Positions 13,401 through 26,669 of a stretch of DNA of 64,000 bases are shown here, in pieces (position 1 is the first letter of the stretch; each line of letters begins with the position of its first letter). The position numbers and the translations under genes were made by a program. The notes beneath the pieces are model-generated. The model made no database searches. It was not told the origin of the DNA and saw nothing but the letters and a program-made list of their open reading frames with translations. Source of the stretch: Balanoglossus misakiensis (Eukaryota; Animalia; Hemichordata); assembly GCA_040954595.2 (NCBI GenBank), contig CM082597.2, positions 1,996,422 to 2,060,421 on the forward strand, read 5' to 3'.

Positions 13401-16400
13401 GAATTATCGCGGTTGTGGCGTAGTTACTACCCCTTCCTTGCCTATTTCACTTTACTGAAGGCAAAGGGAATTGGTGCTGCGTCAGATTAGCGAAGTTTTC
13501 AGTCAGGGTAATTTAGTCGGAGCGCAAACAACGCTGCTTCCATTTGAACCAAGGTGGTGATTATGGCGTGAAAATGTCTTGTTAAATTTCCCCGTTCACT
13601 GCAACGTTTGCAAGCAGTGCATACAATATGCCTGTAATTATTGTGACGCGGACAGCTAATATCAAAAGACAGTTTTAATGAACAGCGGGAGCTACCTAAT
13701 TAAAGAGATTTTTTCCATAGCGTCTTTTTCCCCCTGGAGGAAAACGACTTTTAGAAATGAAATCTTGCTTGTACCGAAACACAATCCCTGACTACTTCCC
13801 GTGCGGAAGGAAACGCGAAATTAAAGTAGTGAAAAGGCCTTCCGCGCGATTCAAGCGCGCAGCGAATGCACTGAGTTTTGATTGCGATTTTATTGAACTC
13901 TATGGCTTAATTAAAATGAATTATCTACAGTCAGGAAGGCCGCCGAGACCTCCTAAATGGAACTGCGCGTTAGTTTCCGAAGTGCTCACAGCAAAGAAAA
14001 GTAAAAAAAAAATGTTCTGAATAGAATCGCGTTCAGTAAATAGGAAAGAAAAAAGCCGGGCGAAGATCTGGGAGTATTACAGGAAAAATATCAAAGGCGA
14101 TCCCGGAAGTTGGCTACTCTATTTCATCACCTGGCTTCGAGACTAGTGAACGACACAGCGGGGCAAGGGCTGCTTCATCCATCTGATTTATGAGGGCACG
14201 TGCATGAACACAGCACAGAGATGAATCAGAGAAAAACTTGCATTTAATATTTGCTCTATAGATTTGGACAGTGTCCTAAATGGCTTTTATCATATCCAAA
14301 TGAAAATTACTGGGAAATAGGGAGCCCCGCCGCACACTGTTTCTGTCATCCGACGCATTCCGCAGTGTTCGGGATTTCAAAAGACGCACACGCACACAAG
14401 AAATAATGGACTGTCACTCACAAAAACGCGTGGCACGGAGGTCCTTTGGAGTAATTTAAAATTGACTTTAGATGATTGTAAAAAATAACAATATCCCAAC
14501 GCTCGGTTATTTTTAATAAAGAGAAAGAGTTCATGCATAAGAATATGCGTTGAAACACTGCGTTAAGACACTCCTTTTGGTGAGAATTAATTTTATGATA
14601 GTGAATTGTGTACTTTTGCTGGAGTTAAAATCTATTAATCTGTCATATGTATGTCTGTATGTCTGTCTGTATGTATGTATGTATGTATGTATGTATGTAT
14701 GTATGTACTGTATGTACTGTATGTACTGTATGTATGTATTCATATACACAAACAGTAGTCAAAAGATTTCATCTTGCCTCCCACTACAAGTCTGTCCACA
14801 TTCAGCCTTTTGTGTCTCTCAAAGCGGTCATCACCCCAACAATAAATCTGAATGGAACGTTGATAAAATCTCACCCACAAAGCATTGGAAATCTCCTCAT
14901 TAAATCATTGTGGACTTAGCATATAACCTAAAGTATATATTTTCAATTAAGATTTTTTTCTCCTGTCGTCTAAATGGAGCTGTGTTTGTAGTACTAATCG
15001 CTGCGTAAATAACAACGTACTGCTCGCGTCATTTCTAGGCACCGTTCAGCCATACTTAGCCATAATTTATGACTCAAAAATAGATCTAATTTAAAAGTGA
15101 ATTTTTAAATTACATAAATGTTACACGATAAATGCGTTAATTGGCCAATATACCGTAAAGTATTCGTTACCTAGCAACAGGTGGTCGTTTGTGAATTTTG
15201 GATAGTACTGTTTGAGAGAGAGAGAGAGAGGGGGAGGGAGGCGGGGAGGGGAGAGATGTTTACTCTTTGACAAACAATGCTGCATATTTGTTGGAAACTT
15301 TCAAAGGCACTGCACATCCGGGCACTGTCAAACGGCGATCACCCACAATACACAGGAAGAAAACACACATACCGGCTGCTTAAATCATCGTCATTCAGAC
15401 ATGTTTAATTAAAAGACAACTCTAGGCTGTAGCTCACTCATGTTGCACTCATTCAAACACAGGACGAATGATTGGCAACTCTTGGCAGCGACAAACACAA
15501 ACTCCCGGGCTTCCGACAACTGAAGGGGACCACTCCCCATCACAGACCGATCAGTCGCTCCTCGCACGACGAGGCGACGAACCCTCAAATGTTGTTGTGA
15601 CTCATCAATTATCGCTCTGTCTCATTCGAGCGAGTCCATCTTTTCAAAATCCCAATCACTTTGAGGGCAACATCAATTCATATTATAATTCAATTTCATA
15701 TTAGTAATACATCCTCGTTATTAGACAAATGTCCAACAAAGATGCATATCTGTTTTTTCATATCCCCCGCTGTGAACGGTAATCAGAAATGCGCGGGCAC
15801 ATTTCCCTCCAAAATGAAATTTTAGGATGTAAGTACGCAATACAATTTGCATTACAACGCGAAGGTGTTTTATGTTAGGTTGCCTGCAACCAACTCTTGA
15901 CATTTTTGTCTGCCCAGTCAGGGAGGTTTGAAACTTGTTGATATTAAGCACAGTCGGGTCTCGAGGGAATTGTTGGTTGATCATTTTAGTTACAAATATC
16001 ATGGCATCGAAAATAGGTGAGCGCGTTACTGGTAAAATGGCGCGAACACCCGTTTTGGCGCGAACCATCGTGAAAAGCAAAGTCTACCCAGGCGTTCGAA
16101 TTGCTGTGGAAGTTTGATTCAAATAGGTGATGGAAATTTTTATAAGGTTAAAAATAATTCGATTCGGAGAATCAACAAGTACACGACGGCATAAAATAAA
16201 TCCAAACGCTAATGATACATTTTTGTATTTTGTCAGAGAACGGCCAATACAGCGTGGATATTTTCATGGAGCTATGTCAGACGCGCACGATAATCATTCT
16301 CGGGCTTTGGCGGGAAAATTGTCCGCATTGTCGTCTGCGAAAAGGCGGGCGGACTATCAAGCGCCGCGGTGACTCAATCCTTCAGCGTGATTTCTGGCTG

Positions 16401-19400
16401 ATACTGAAATCGTGCTTCTAAATAAAGGTGCCTATTTTTCTCTCCGTCATCACCGCCAAACAGTCAAAAATGCTTTTGAAAAATATGAAAGAACACAATC
16501 TTTCAAAATTGCTTTGAATGAGGGCAATTTTACTTCTGCAACAAGAGACATGCCTATGGCATGAATTGAAGTCTTTCCGTCACGTTTTACTACCAAATTC
16601 AAATAAACTTATTTCAGGGTAATATGTGTAATTAAGGTCGGAAAATTGCCGCGCAAAATTGTACTGGATATTATTTTCCGTCTATGTACCTTGACAACAA
16701 AATTCATCGCTCTTTTGTGACAGGGCGAGTTTGCAACGAACTGACTTCTCCCGCTCATTTTCTGACAAGCAATTTTCCGAGAAAATAGCCCGCGCTTTCT
16801 TCTTGTTCCGTCAGCTCTTTAACAAAGAGCGTATAATTTGCCCGGTAATGTCGTGGCTTGAAAGCAAATGGGAAGTTCTTGTGTGACACAAGTCGAGCGT
16901 GCCGGATGCTACTCTGACACTTTGGGGGAAAAATATTCGCGTTACGAAAACGGGTTTTTAAAGCAGCATATGATATATTCGCGCGTCTGAGGGGCCATTT
17001 TTTATCCGACTCAAATTGTAGGGACTGCGAGACGAAATTTTAAAAAGCCGACAAAAAGTGTAAACGTATTATTGTTTGTTTGAAATAAAGACCTTTTAAA
17101 ATAAATTAAATCGTTTAATGTGTAGACGATTTATGGACTTTCTAAATTTTGCGTGTGTCTCAGACAGTCTGTCTGTCTGTCTATCACACAGAGTATAAGA
17201 AAAGTATTTTTTTCAAACAAATGGTCAAAGCTCTGTCGTATGTTTACTAGCATCGACCCGTCAGATGAAGTCCCACGTTCTGTCTGTGCTGCGCAATAAA
17301 AAAAATACGAGCCTGCCGTTAAACAAGACGCCACTTTTGTGTGTCCAGGAAGAAGATAGGAAGAAGAGAAGAAGTTAGATTCCGGTTTTGAAGACTTAAA
17401 CAGGATGTAAGCAAATGGGTGCACATCCTCGAACACTATCCTGGAACAGAGCTATAACCAGCTGATGGGCACGACACGAGAATTTCCTCTCCGACACTAA
17501 ACAGCAAGAAAGTTACTCTGTATATAGGAAACGAGCTGCGTCAATAATTGAGATGGGACGCGAAAAGCTTGTAGCAATCAATCACGTGACCGATTACTTG
17601 TCATTACGTCAGTCACTGGATGATAAACAAGTTCGAAAATCACCCTTTTACGACGAGCGACATCTTTGCCATCGCAAGATGGCGATCAAATTTCCTTTTT
17701 TCGTTCAGCGCTGTTCTTTTTTTCGCCGGGGTTAATATACAAGGGAAGGTTTTTATATAGAGAATCCCGGGCCTTGATACAAAGCCAATTTCTTAGTTTT
17801 CTGGCTGGGTGGTCAAGCGAAAGGCAGGCGCTAGTGTTTTTCTTGGCGATCTGGGTGATTTTGCGCCGTCCATTCGCCCTGCATTTAATGGCAATCTAAC
17901 TCGCAACTTTTCAATTTAACAGTTCATCCAGGTGGAAAAATCCAACATTACTAAATCCAATTTATAGGGGAAACAACTGATTTATCTCATATTTTGATCC
18001 CCTGGCTCCGCACACGAGGTCGTTTTCTCGAATACAGGGTCATTTTGAAAGATTTCGTTGGTGATTCAAGCCCATTCCATTCGGTTGTAATCTGTACCTG
18101 GCACGTGGACTGGAAGATGTGTTTGCTTTTTCATCGGCCTGTACGTTATATCTCATAGTTTCCTTAAGATTTTGCAAAAAAATACTTTGAATTGAGCGAA
18201 CAAGTTTCCTTTGTGTTTCACTGAGCTGAACGACAAAAAGTACACGACGCCATATTTGATAATCACAAAGCTGAAAGGAGTCCGCACGACACCGAAAAAA
18301 ATCACGATAAAAATCTGACGATGCCCATCAAACAACAAACACCGCGGATCGGCTGCGCATGCCCCGTCCTCTGCTGCCCTTCGGCTCAAAGATTGGCATT
18401 TGATACACGTATATTTTTTCATCCTGCCACCGCGAAAACGGATGGCCGTGCAATGATGAACTTCCGCCGTTACTACTTAAACCACCTATCAGCGCTGTTC
18501 CCGCGATCCAATCTCTCGTGTCTCGCGGGACATCGGCTGGATGAAGCTGACGAGATGGACTTCCAAGTCAGTGAGCCTAGCTTACCCAACTCGCATTGTT
18601 TATACATAGAATCGAGATTTCGCAGCGAGATAATCTCGACGGCAGCGAATTCGCTGGACTGGAAGGGTGGCTGTACCGTAATGGAATGATATAGCGCGGA
18701 CAAAGAAAAGAACTTACTTGGGGCAGGCTTCCTAGATGTGCGTCGTTTTCTTTTCGCGGCAAAGTGACTAGACGACACACTTGCGCACAAAAATTTATTG
18801 CGCGGGAATGTATATACATTGTTGCAATAACCAATAAGCGATGTACACCTTTCGTGGACAAATACACACTTCGTTCTCGAAACAAAGTTGCGAGTTCAGA
18901 GTAGTCTTTATTGTGTGTAGTAGACAAACAGGCAGACAGACAAAACTGTCAATGTGGGAATAAAGAAGTTGTAAACTGACCTGTATTTGCAAGTCTGCTG
19001 CTGGCTGCCCCAAAAAGTTGATACGGATCTGCAAAATGATCAATAATACGACTCACGGTAAGTAGTCTGTCAGATCCGCTTCCGCGAATAGTTTACAGGA
19101 CAGGAAGTGCATTTTGTATCGTCAAAATTGTGTCTCGTGTGTTATTACGAGGAGACAGACTCCGATCAGACAGTCCCATGTAAGTCTTTAAAGCCCGTAG
19201 GTGCAACATTCTAAACTCCTACACAGAATACGACGGCTGACATTTGTACCAATATTATTTAAACCCCCGCCAAATTCTAATAGTTGCATCCGAATTTCGT
19301 GAAGTGAGATTGCGAAGATATTTCTTCAGGCTTCGACAAATAGTTTCAGACAACTTTTCCCCAGAATTCCCGCCCAAAAGTAAAACCTGATGCAAGGCAC

Positions 19401-21960
19401 AAATTTAATACACAAATGAAATGTCCGACTTTAAAAAGTCGTTCACCAAATAGTCGAATGACAAAACTCAAAACTCATAAATTTCGGACCTCATGGGATA
19501 TATTGCTTCGAAAGTAAGTAAGTAGCCCAACGACGAAATTCATCGGATTATGGCGCCATCAAATGTAATGGAAACATGATGCGATTTTGATAGATAAATA
19601 ATTATGTCACTGACGTCTTTTAATAAAAATTAGAGTCATGTTTATACCGATCGACTTTGTCACCCTTCTCTGAGTGCACAAGTAAAAGCCAAAGCGACCG
19701 ATGACTAATCCAAAATATCAAAGCAGTGGAGCATTCTCAATGTTTTCTTTAGAGCGCTCATGGCGCATTACTCAGAGATTTGCATATTTTACAAAAAAAT
19801 AGTCAGACGACAGCCAATGAGGCGTGTAATCTGCCTTGACAGTTATGTACCGATTGTCATTATTCTGAACTTTATTGGGGGGCAGATGAAAGAAATTTAT
19901 CCGTCAGTTGGGAACTACTTTGTTCTCGAGCTCGAGGATTAGGCGAAAAAATTAATGGGGCTCTAAAAAAATTGTGCAAATGTAACCAGAGTGCTCGACT
20001 TACCGGGTCGCATGTGCGCATGCGCTTCCATTGATGGCTTTGGAATGGCTGGTAACGGTGGGGAGTAACCTGAAAAGAATAAAATTGTGATGACATTTAT
20101 ACTTTTCTCTTAAAAATAATTAAATACCACGGAACTGTCAAAAAAGTTTATTTCTATCGGAAAATGAATTTTTCTTGCATGTCTGTTTTGATAATAGAAA
20201 ATTAAACACCAATGTGTAATTATGAACAGAACTGCGTGAATTTTATAGTTTTGTTACCCTGTTGTTTTTGTCATTTTTACACCGATGGATGCCATTTTGA
20301 GCCGTACGGTACAAGAATTAAACCGTGAAGTCAATCTGAATCAACAATTATATTTTATGCGGATTTCGTAATACGTGGTCTAGGGTCAAAAGAGTGATAT
20401 TGGGATTGGCGCATGCGATCTAAATATTATCCCCTCTTTGAAAAAAAGACTTTTCCATCGACGGCAGTCAATCCGCCAGAGACAGGATAGCATGAACGAT
20501 CTAAGTCCGCCATCTTTGTTCCCTTCCCATTTAATGCTGTCATAATGCTTCTTATCAGGATGAAAAAACTTCTCAAAATTCAATTATACAATCCCCACAT
20601 TGCGATAAGAATCTCAGGGCTTGAAAACACTGTCCTGGGACGAGGTTGAAATGTAATGAACAATAGCGCGCGATGTTAGCAGTCTTGCGCCGAATTCCCA
20701 AGATGGCCGTCCCTGTAGCTTTAGCGCCATGAAACATTTACTTAGGCACCGCATTTCGCATAAGGGAACCGCGGAAATAGAATTAAAAAGCAATAAAATA
20801 TATTGTGGGAAATGTAGAGATTGATTCGGTGTAGTCTCGCGGGACGCTGGCCTGACACTAAGGTCTGAATATACAACATACGTAGTGTAATTGCCTACAT
20901 CACTTTATTCAAAAACAATTTGTGGTCGATCAACGACTCAGCTTCCTCTGCGCGCGCAGGTCGGAATATGCTGAACACACGATTTTCCCGCCGAAGGTTT
21001 TACGAACGACACTTGCAACTTCCCTTTCGTTCTCAGCAAATCTATTCAATTAACGTGCTTGTATTAGTGATTATGACAACTGATACTTTTCAGTTTTAAC
21101 TCCATCGGATGTATGTATGTAATAACACTGCTATTAGGTTTTAATTTATTTTTAAAAATAAAAAAATTGCTTCAGTTCGGCCACTGCTCGGTATTACACT
21201 CCCAAATACTCCTGATAGATTACACCTTTAAGCGTATTGTTACCGTGTGAGAGCGAGACCGCCCGCACCTCGTCCCCCCTTGAAAATGTCAGCCTTTCAT
21301 TTTGTTATTCACTCGGTTTAAATGATCGTTTTAATGGAGATCTTATGATATTGGGAGTGTTTGGTGAAAATGGCAGCGTTGTGTTGGAGTAAGTTGAGTG
21401 CTGTAAATTGAAGGTGTCGACGATATCCTTGAATACCTCATTGAAGGATGAATGTCAGAGTTGTGCTTTTTGATACACCAAAATTGAACTTCATTTCGAA
21501 AACAAACATCATACCAACCTTTGTGAGGCGAATTGGGCGCGTTGCTCCACGAACTATTTCTCTCCCTCATGAAACCGCCGTACGACGAATCTAGTGAATA
21601 AAAACAGCAACACACTTGTAAGATTAGAGTCTGAAGGGGTAAGTATGGATGTATGGATATAAAGGGACGGAAGACTTCTGAAAACACTGACAATGAGAGA
21701 GAGAGAGAGAGAGATGGTGTCTACATTTGCTTTCCGGGATGAATTTTAAAAATACATTGTATTGTTAATCTTGAGTTACATGAACTAAAATGAAGTTATC
21801 AATTTATGAAAAAAAACCGGAAGAATGGTTGCCGAGCGAGAAACAACAAGAAGCCATACATGGCTGCCTCAACATTGACATTTTTTATTTCTATGTAGAG
21901 ATTTAACCCGTTCTCTGTCATTCAATTACCTTCCTGGTGCAGTGTACACATTAAATTCAT
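10438..21960 (-). CDS. Short (about 245 aa) ERG/FLI/FEV-subfamily ETS transcription factor lacking a Pointed domain; five coding exons
   Basis: Exons (minus): 21960-21930 ([13 protein letters not shown], donor gtaatt; in-frame TAG 5 codons upstream), 21590-21519 ([24 protein letters not shown]), 20069-20004 ([22 protein letters not shown]), 19028-18981 ([16 protein letters not shown]; cf. ERG DPYQILGPTSSRLANPG), 10958-10438 ([10 protein letters not shown]...ETS...SSRLSPYYS*). All introns GT-AG and phase 1; total 738 nt. First exon is the least certain. Confidence 0.88.
10710..10941 (-). repeat. Right arm of the 232-bp inverted repeat (ETS box), partner 6640-6871
   Basis: Reverse complement matches 6640-6871 at 231/232 positions (position p pairs with 17581-p). 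Confidence 0.95.
14646..14738. repeat. (TATG)n-type microsatellite with 9-bp variant units, intronic
   Basis: tatgtatgtctg...tatgtactgtatgtactg directly visible. Confidence 0.9.
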
Positions 21961-24451
21961 GTTACATTTCTTCTAGTGACGGTTCAGAATTATGATTATT
22001 TTTAAAGATTGGTGGTACTAAGCAAAAGGGTGGACTGGGCTGGGCTGTGGCAAAGAAGGCCAGCACCGACAATGCCTGTTCAACCGCCGTGCGCTCAATA
22101 TATTCTGAACTAGAGTAAAAAAGGAATATCGCGGCGGTCATACACCCCATAATTGAAGCCTTAATAATGAAAACGAGTTTTCAATGGTAAATGTAGCATT
22201 TGTTATATCTGTATATAAAGCGGCACTAGCATGTGTATACGGCGTAAGTTATTTCACATGTATCCATTGATACTGTTTACGAAAGAAAACAACAACAAAA
22301 CCATATGTCTACACAAAACAATAACAATAACAGAACTGTCGTGGTGTAGACGTCCTGGGGTCTACAGTCCCGCTGTCAGACATAAGGAAAACATGTAACT
22401 GTTTCCTTGTAAAACTAATGAGCGAAGCTCTTGTCTTTGCCCGATGAAATGCTCACCATTGTGTTGAGCTGTACGGGAAAAACATTGGAGCTGCCTAGCA
22501 TTTGGTTTGGTTGTGGTTGGACATTGGACGTACTTCCCTACTAGCATACTTCATTGTTGTACTGTTAATTTACTGCTCAAATATTTGAGATAGTGTTATT
22601 AGATTTAATTCGGCGAGAGTTTGACGTGAAACATATTGTTTCAATGCTGCTAACACTAGTATCACTTTTTATTGCCTGGGTCAGCCATTACGCGATTTTT
22701 ACGGCGATTTCGGCATTGTTGATCAATCTTTTCATTCTTTCATTTAAAAAGCATTTCCGACTTTTGATTGAGCGTTATAATTTGACGGGTAACGGTAGAA
22801 TTTTTACTATTTGTGTTGACTGCAGGGATTGTAATTTAGACATTTTTTGGCGCCAGATTTTCGGCAGACGACAGAAAGTGACAATTTCAATTCACCTACC
22901 TGTGGCTGTGAGAAACATATTTCTGTCAAAGGCTTGCGCTGTGTACGCATACGAGCACTCGCACTGAGAAGGCTTGGCTTCCTGCATCAATCGTAGTCGG
23001 TGGACGCTTGAGGATAAAAAAGAGTCTCGCGCTTATTTGTATACTCGCCAAATTTGGTCACAAATCGTTGCGAGTCTGCAGACTGCTGTGGAACTGCGGG
23101 CGATGACTCGGTGTATACAAGCGCGTCGGCAAGTGGTGACTTCGTAGCCCGGAAATCACGGCAATTCTGACGTCGGTTCAACCTCGACGTACGAGTCAAT
23201 CATGGAAATCACTGAATATTTTCCCTCCTGTGATACTAGATTTTCGGGCGTGCTCTCCACTTCGACCTGGTCAGCTTTCAGTCTCAATTAATGATTGGGG
23301 AAAATAGATCGCCGATATCGCTTTTTATTGAATTACAACAGTTATGACAAGAGCCCACCGTCCAATCACAGCCACCATTGGATGATTATGTCGATTTGTT
23401 TGACAAACTTAATCAGGCTTGAGTCGACGGTAATCATTGGGCGTTGATGGAAGCCATTTTACGCCAAACAACACACAGCGGTCGCGTGCCTCGATTTGAT
23501 TATGCAGATGAGATTTACACCGCGCGGACAATGGGACGTCGGACGCGGGAACAATGGCCGCACAGTGGAAAACGAACGCCTTGACAATTCTCAACACCCT
23601 TTGAAATCCCCCAAACAAAAGACCGCCCCGGTGAAGTCCTCTCCGTCGACAACCCAGTCATTGTGCGAAACTTGGAAGCTTAATCCCATCCCGAGTGCCC
23701 GCTATTCTATTCTATCTCCCATTCCACACAGTTTCAATGCACGGGGATGTCGTTAGAATAACATGGCAGAAAAAATCACAATGTTAGTGTCGTTTGCTAC
23801 ATTTTGTCTGCTGTCAATGGAAACAAAAAGTCCGCGAAAACTAAAAGACTCGCGCCTGAACTATAACAACTCGACGTGCGCGCGATTATACACACCCATC
23901 AAAAATAGGTAGATAGATGTACCGATGGGCCCTACAGAATGACGATTCTACTGCGCGTCGCGTATCTTTTGTCATAGTCCCTACTTTCACCAGCTCCCAA
24001 GACAGAGACAGGATAATATATATTTGTTAATATGAATATGCTGATGTGTGTTAGATGGGAACTGAGTGTAAATGAATTGCTAGATGACACACAAAAACGT
24101 CTATGTCGCAGATCAACACAGAGAGTCATCGCATATACATGTATTCATTAAAAATGAAAAAAAATATTTTCTACAATATTAATCTTGATGTAAATCTGTT
24201 GACCTTCCGCGTGGGGGCAACAAGTCATTCTGACCTCACGACAGACGTGGTGAGGGTTTACAACATACATGTATTTCTTACTAGTATGTTCGTGTGCTTT
24301 CTGGATAAAACCGAGCAGATGTTGTTACTGCCCTCAACAGTCGGATATATAAAGCAGGAAAAAAATTGCAAGGCGGATGCATGGTGGCGCTATACACTAA
24401 AATTCGAAACATCAAATGTCTGTAATACATGTACATGTAATGGTGAATGCG

Positions 24452-24756
24452 ACTCACTTGTTCGATGGTGGTCCAAACTTCGGCAAGTCCTGCAAAATTC
24501 CCCCCGCCGAGGACTTCGTTCGCCAACATCCAGGACCAACCAGTCAGCCTTGCATATCTCTTCGTGGTTTTCTGTTTCACGTTTGGCGATATGAATTCGT
24601 GGTCGTCGTCCGACGCTGCCATGTTTATCGTCAAAGTGGTGACCGACAAGAATGGGACTGGCGCGCAAGGCAAACCACCTGCGCATGCTCACTCTCAATC
24701 AATGAAAGACGCACCTGTACCCTAACCTGTACACGTTCTCAACTTTCATTGGCTGA
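24452..24756 (-). mobile_element. Diverged copy 2 of the same interspersed element; retains 55-codon open segment MAASDDDHEF...TTIEQ ending at a GTGAGT donor
   Basis: ATG 24622-24620 in aacATGGc context, donor at 24457, CCAAT (cattgg on +) 24747-24752, GCGCATG motif ~24681; similarity to 9340-9616. No downstream exon identified. Confidence 0.5.
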
Positions 24757-25110
24757 CAGTAGTATACTGAGTACGTGTTTGATATCGAACAAGGCTCGGA
24801 AACATTTTAAGTTAATTTTATTTCAAAAGAGATATCCGCATATAGAACAATATAAAAAGTTATTTACAAAGTCAAAATTTACAGCATCCAAATTGCACGC
24901 TTTCGAAAAAATCCGAATTTCTGGTTACCAAATTATCGCTTAACATAAATAATTTATAAAACAGCAGAAAAACCTGAAAAGTAACAAAATTTTCCGACTA
25001 TGATGGTTGTTGTTATTTAATACTAATATAATGTTACAGTAGTTTTTCGATGAATCATTCTCTCACTCTCACTACTGAGAAGCAGACGACGTCACAAAGC
25101 ACAAACCAAG

Positions 25111-25421
25111 TCAATGATACCTTAAATTGACCATCAGTGCCACCAGTCCGAAGAAGAGCATCGCTGAGTTGCCGGTCGGCATGGAGACGCCGCTTTCATT
25201 ACAAAGATCACCCTGGCAACAATAAAAACACTGCCATTTGTTGAACTGGGTGTCGCAGTGATAATCGACGGCATATGCATTCTTATCGCTGATACAGTCT
25301 TCGAAGGAGAATCTGTTGAATGTTCCGTAACAACCCTTAATTATCTTCAGTTTTCCAGTGTCACCTGAAATCAAGTAATTAAAAGTAAAGGAAGTTAAGA
25401 CTAGCTAGAATTTTGGGAGCA

Positions 25422-25481
<60 letters not shown>

Positions 25482-26669
25482 CCACCACCACCACCACCAC
25501 CACCATCACCACCACCACCACCACCATCATCGCATCACTGTCATCTCTTCCACTGACTTACCGTCATACATAACGTGAGTAGAACAAGTATTGAAAGGGC
25601 CATTCATATTCAGTAAAGAGTTATCGCATGAATGCTGCTCTTTGCACTGTGAGTTGTCATTAGCCGCTGTCGGGTTCTGACCATCGAACTGTTCCTCGCA
25701 GACATAACACTGAAGGTTATAAACTGAAAGGAGATCCATGAGATCAGGAATTAATGGAGAACTCTAATATGGCTGTAACTTTGTGATATTTTTCAGAGTT
25801 TTGTTCAGTATAATATACACGACATAGTTTCTTGATTGTGGCCTACTAGTCTGCTGGCCAACATGGTCTGTAAATGAAAACCTCAGACATCACAATGAAA
25901 CTGAAGACCGCCCTCAACGCCACACATTCCACGCAAGGCCCAATTTCTATACACCGCCACTTGAAAATTGTCGTTCACGCACTGCTAGGCAATAAGAGGA
26001 GCTTTACTCTAGGACAATGTATCCTATAAAATTATTTTGAGTCTTCAGGAGTACCTGATCTCCTTATTTGACCCTTCGCTGGGCGACGCCCTAGTTTCGC
26101 TTTGTTATCGCATTCGTTACATTTTATGGGTTTTATGCTGACCGTTCATGTAACATCCAAAATACCACACACGCAGTATAGCATTACGTGGTAAAATTGT
26201 GCGTACATGCCAAGGTTTTTTTCAGTTAAGTAACCTCGTCGCGGTATTTAAAGCTGGCTTTAGCTTGTGTCAAGCGAGTTACCGTGAAACACATTAATTG
26301 TCCTCATTTGCAGTCGAACGATGACCTCGTGTAGACAGCTGTGCATGTCTGTATGTCGACAGCTACTCTAGCGAGCGAACTATAACTCGAATCATATCTA
26401 TGACGCAGAGGGTTAGTAAAGTTACACAGCTTACATTCTTTTTTAGGAAAAATCCCAGTGATGGATGGACGCCCAGCTGCACAAGATGGCTGCTTCATAA
26501 AGCTTACCCTGACACACAGCCTACATAAACACGACCGTTGAAAACAAATACCCTGAATGATAATGAGAACTGGACCAGAGTTGATGTCATTTTGCGACAA
26601 AAACAACAACGACCACTTACCCTGCGGTATGGTAGCCAGCAAAAAACACAAAATGAGAAAAATCTTCAT
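25111..26669 (-). CDS. Ly6/uPAR three-finger protein A (154 aa; signal peptide, 12-Cys LU domain, GPI-type hydrophobic tail), LYPD6-like
   Basis: Exons 26669-26621 (MKIFLILCFLLATIPQ, gtaagt), 25723-25562 (VYNLQCYVCEE...ANDNSQC...), 25364-25111 (…KGC…[11 protein letters not shown] + hydrophobic C-terminus). Phase-1 GT-AG introns; classic LxCxxC start and CC..DLCN end. Confidence 0.92.
25426..25530. repeat. Compound (CAT)n(CAC)n microsatellite in intron 2 of Ly6 gene A
   Basis: Directly visible. Confidence 0.92.

Noticed and set aside
18712-18783. Strong minus-strand donor CAA|gtaagt as a cassette exon of the ETS gene
   Set aside because: With the nearest acceptor it enters in phase 1 but exits in phase 0, breaking the frame; no ERG similarity.
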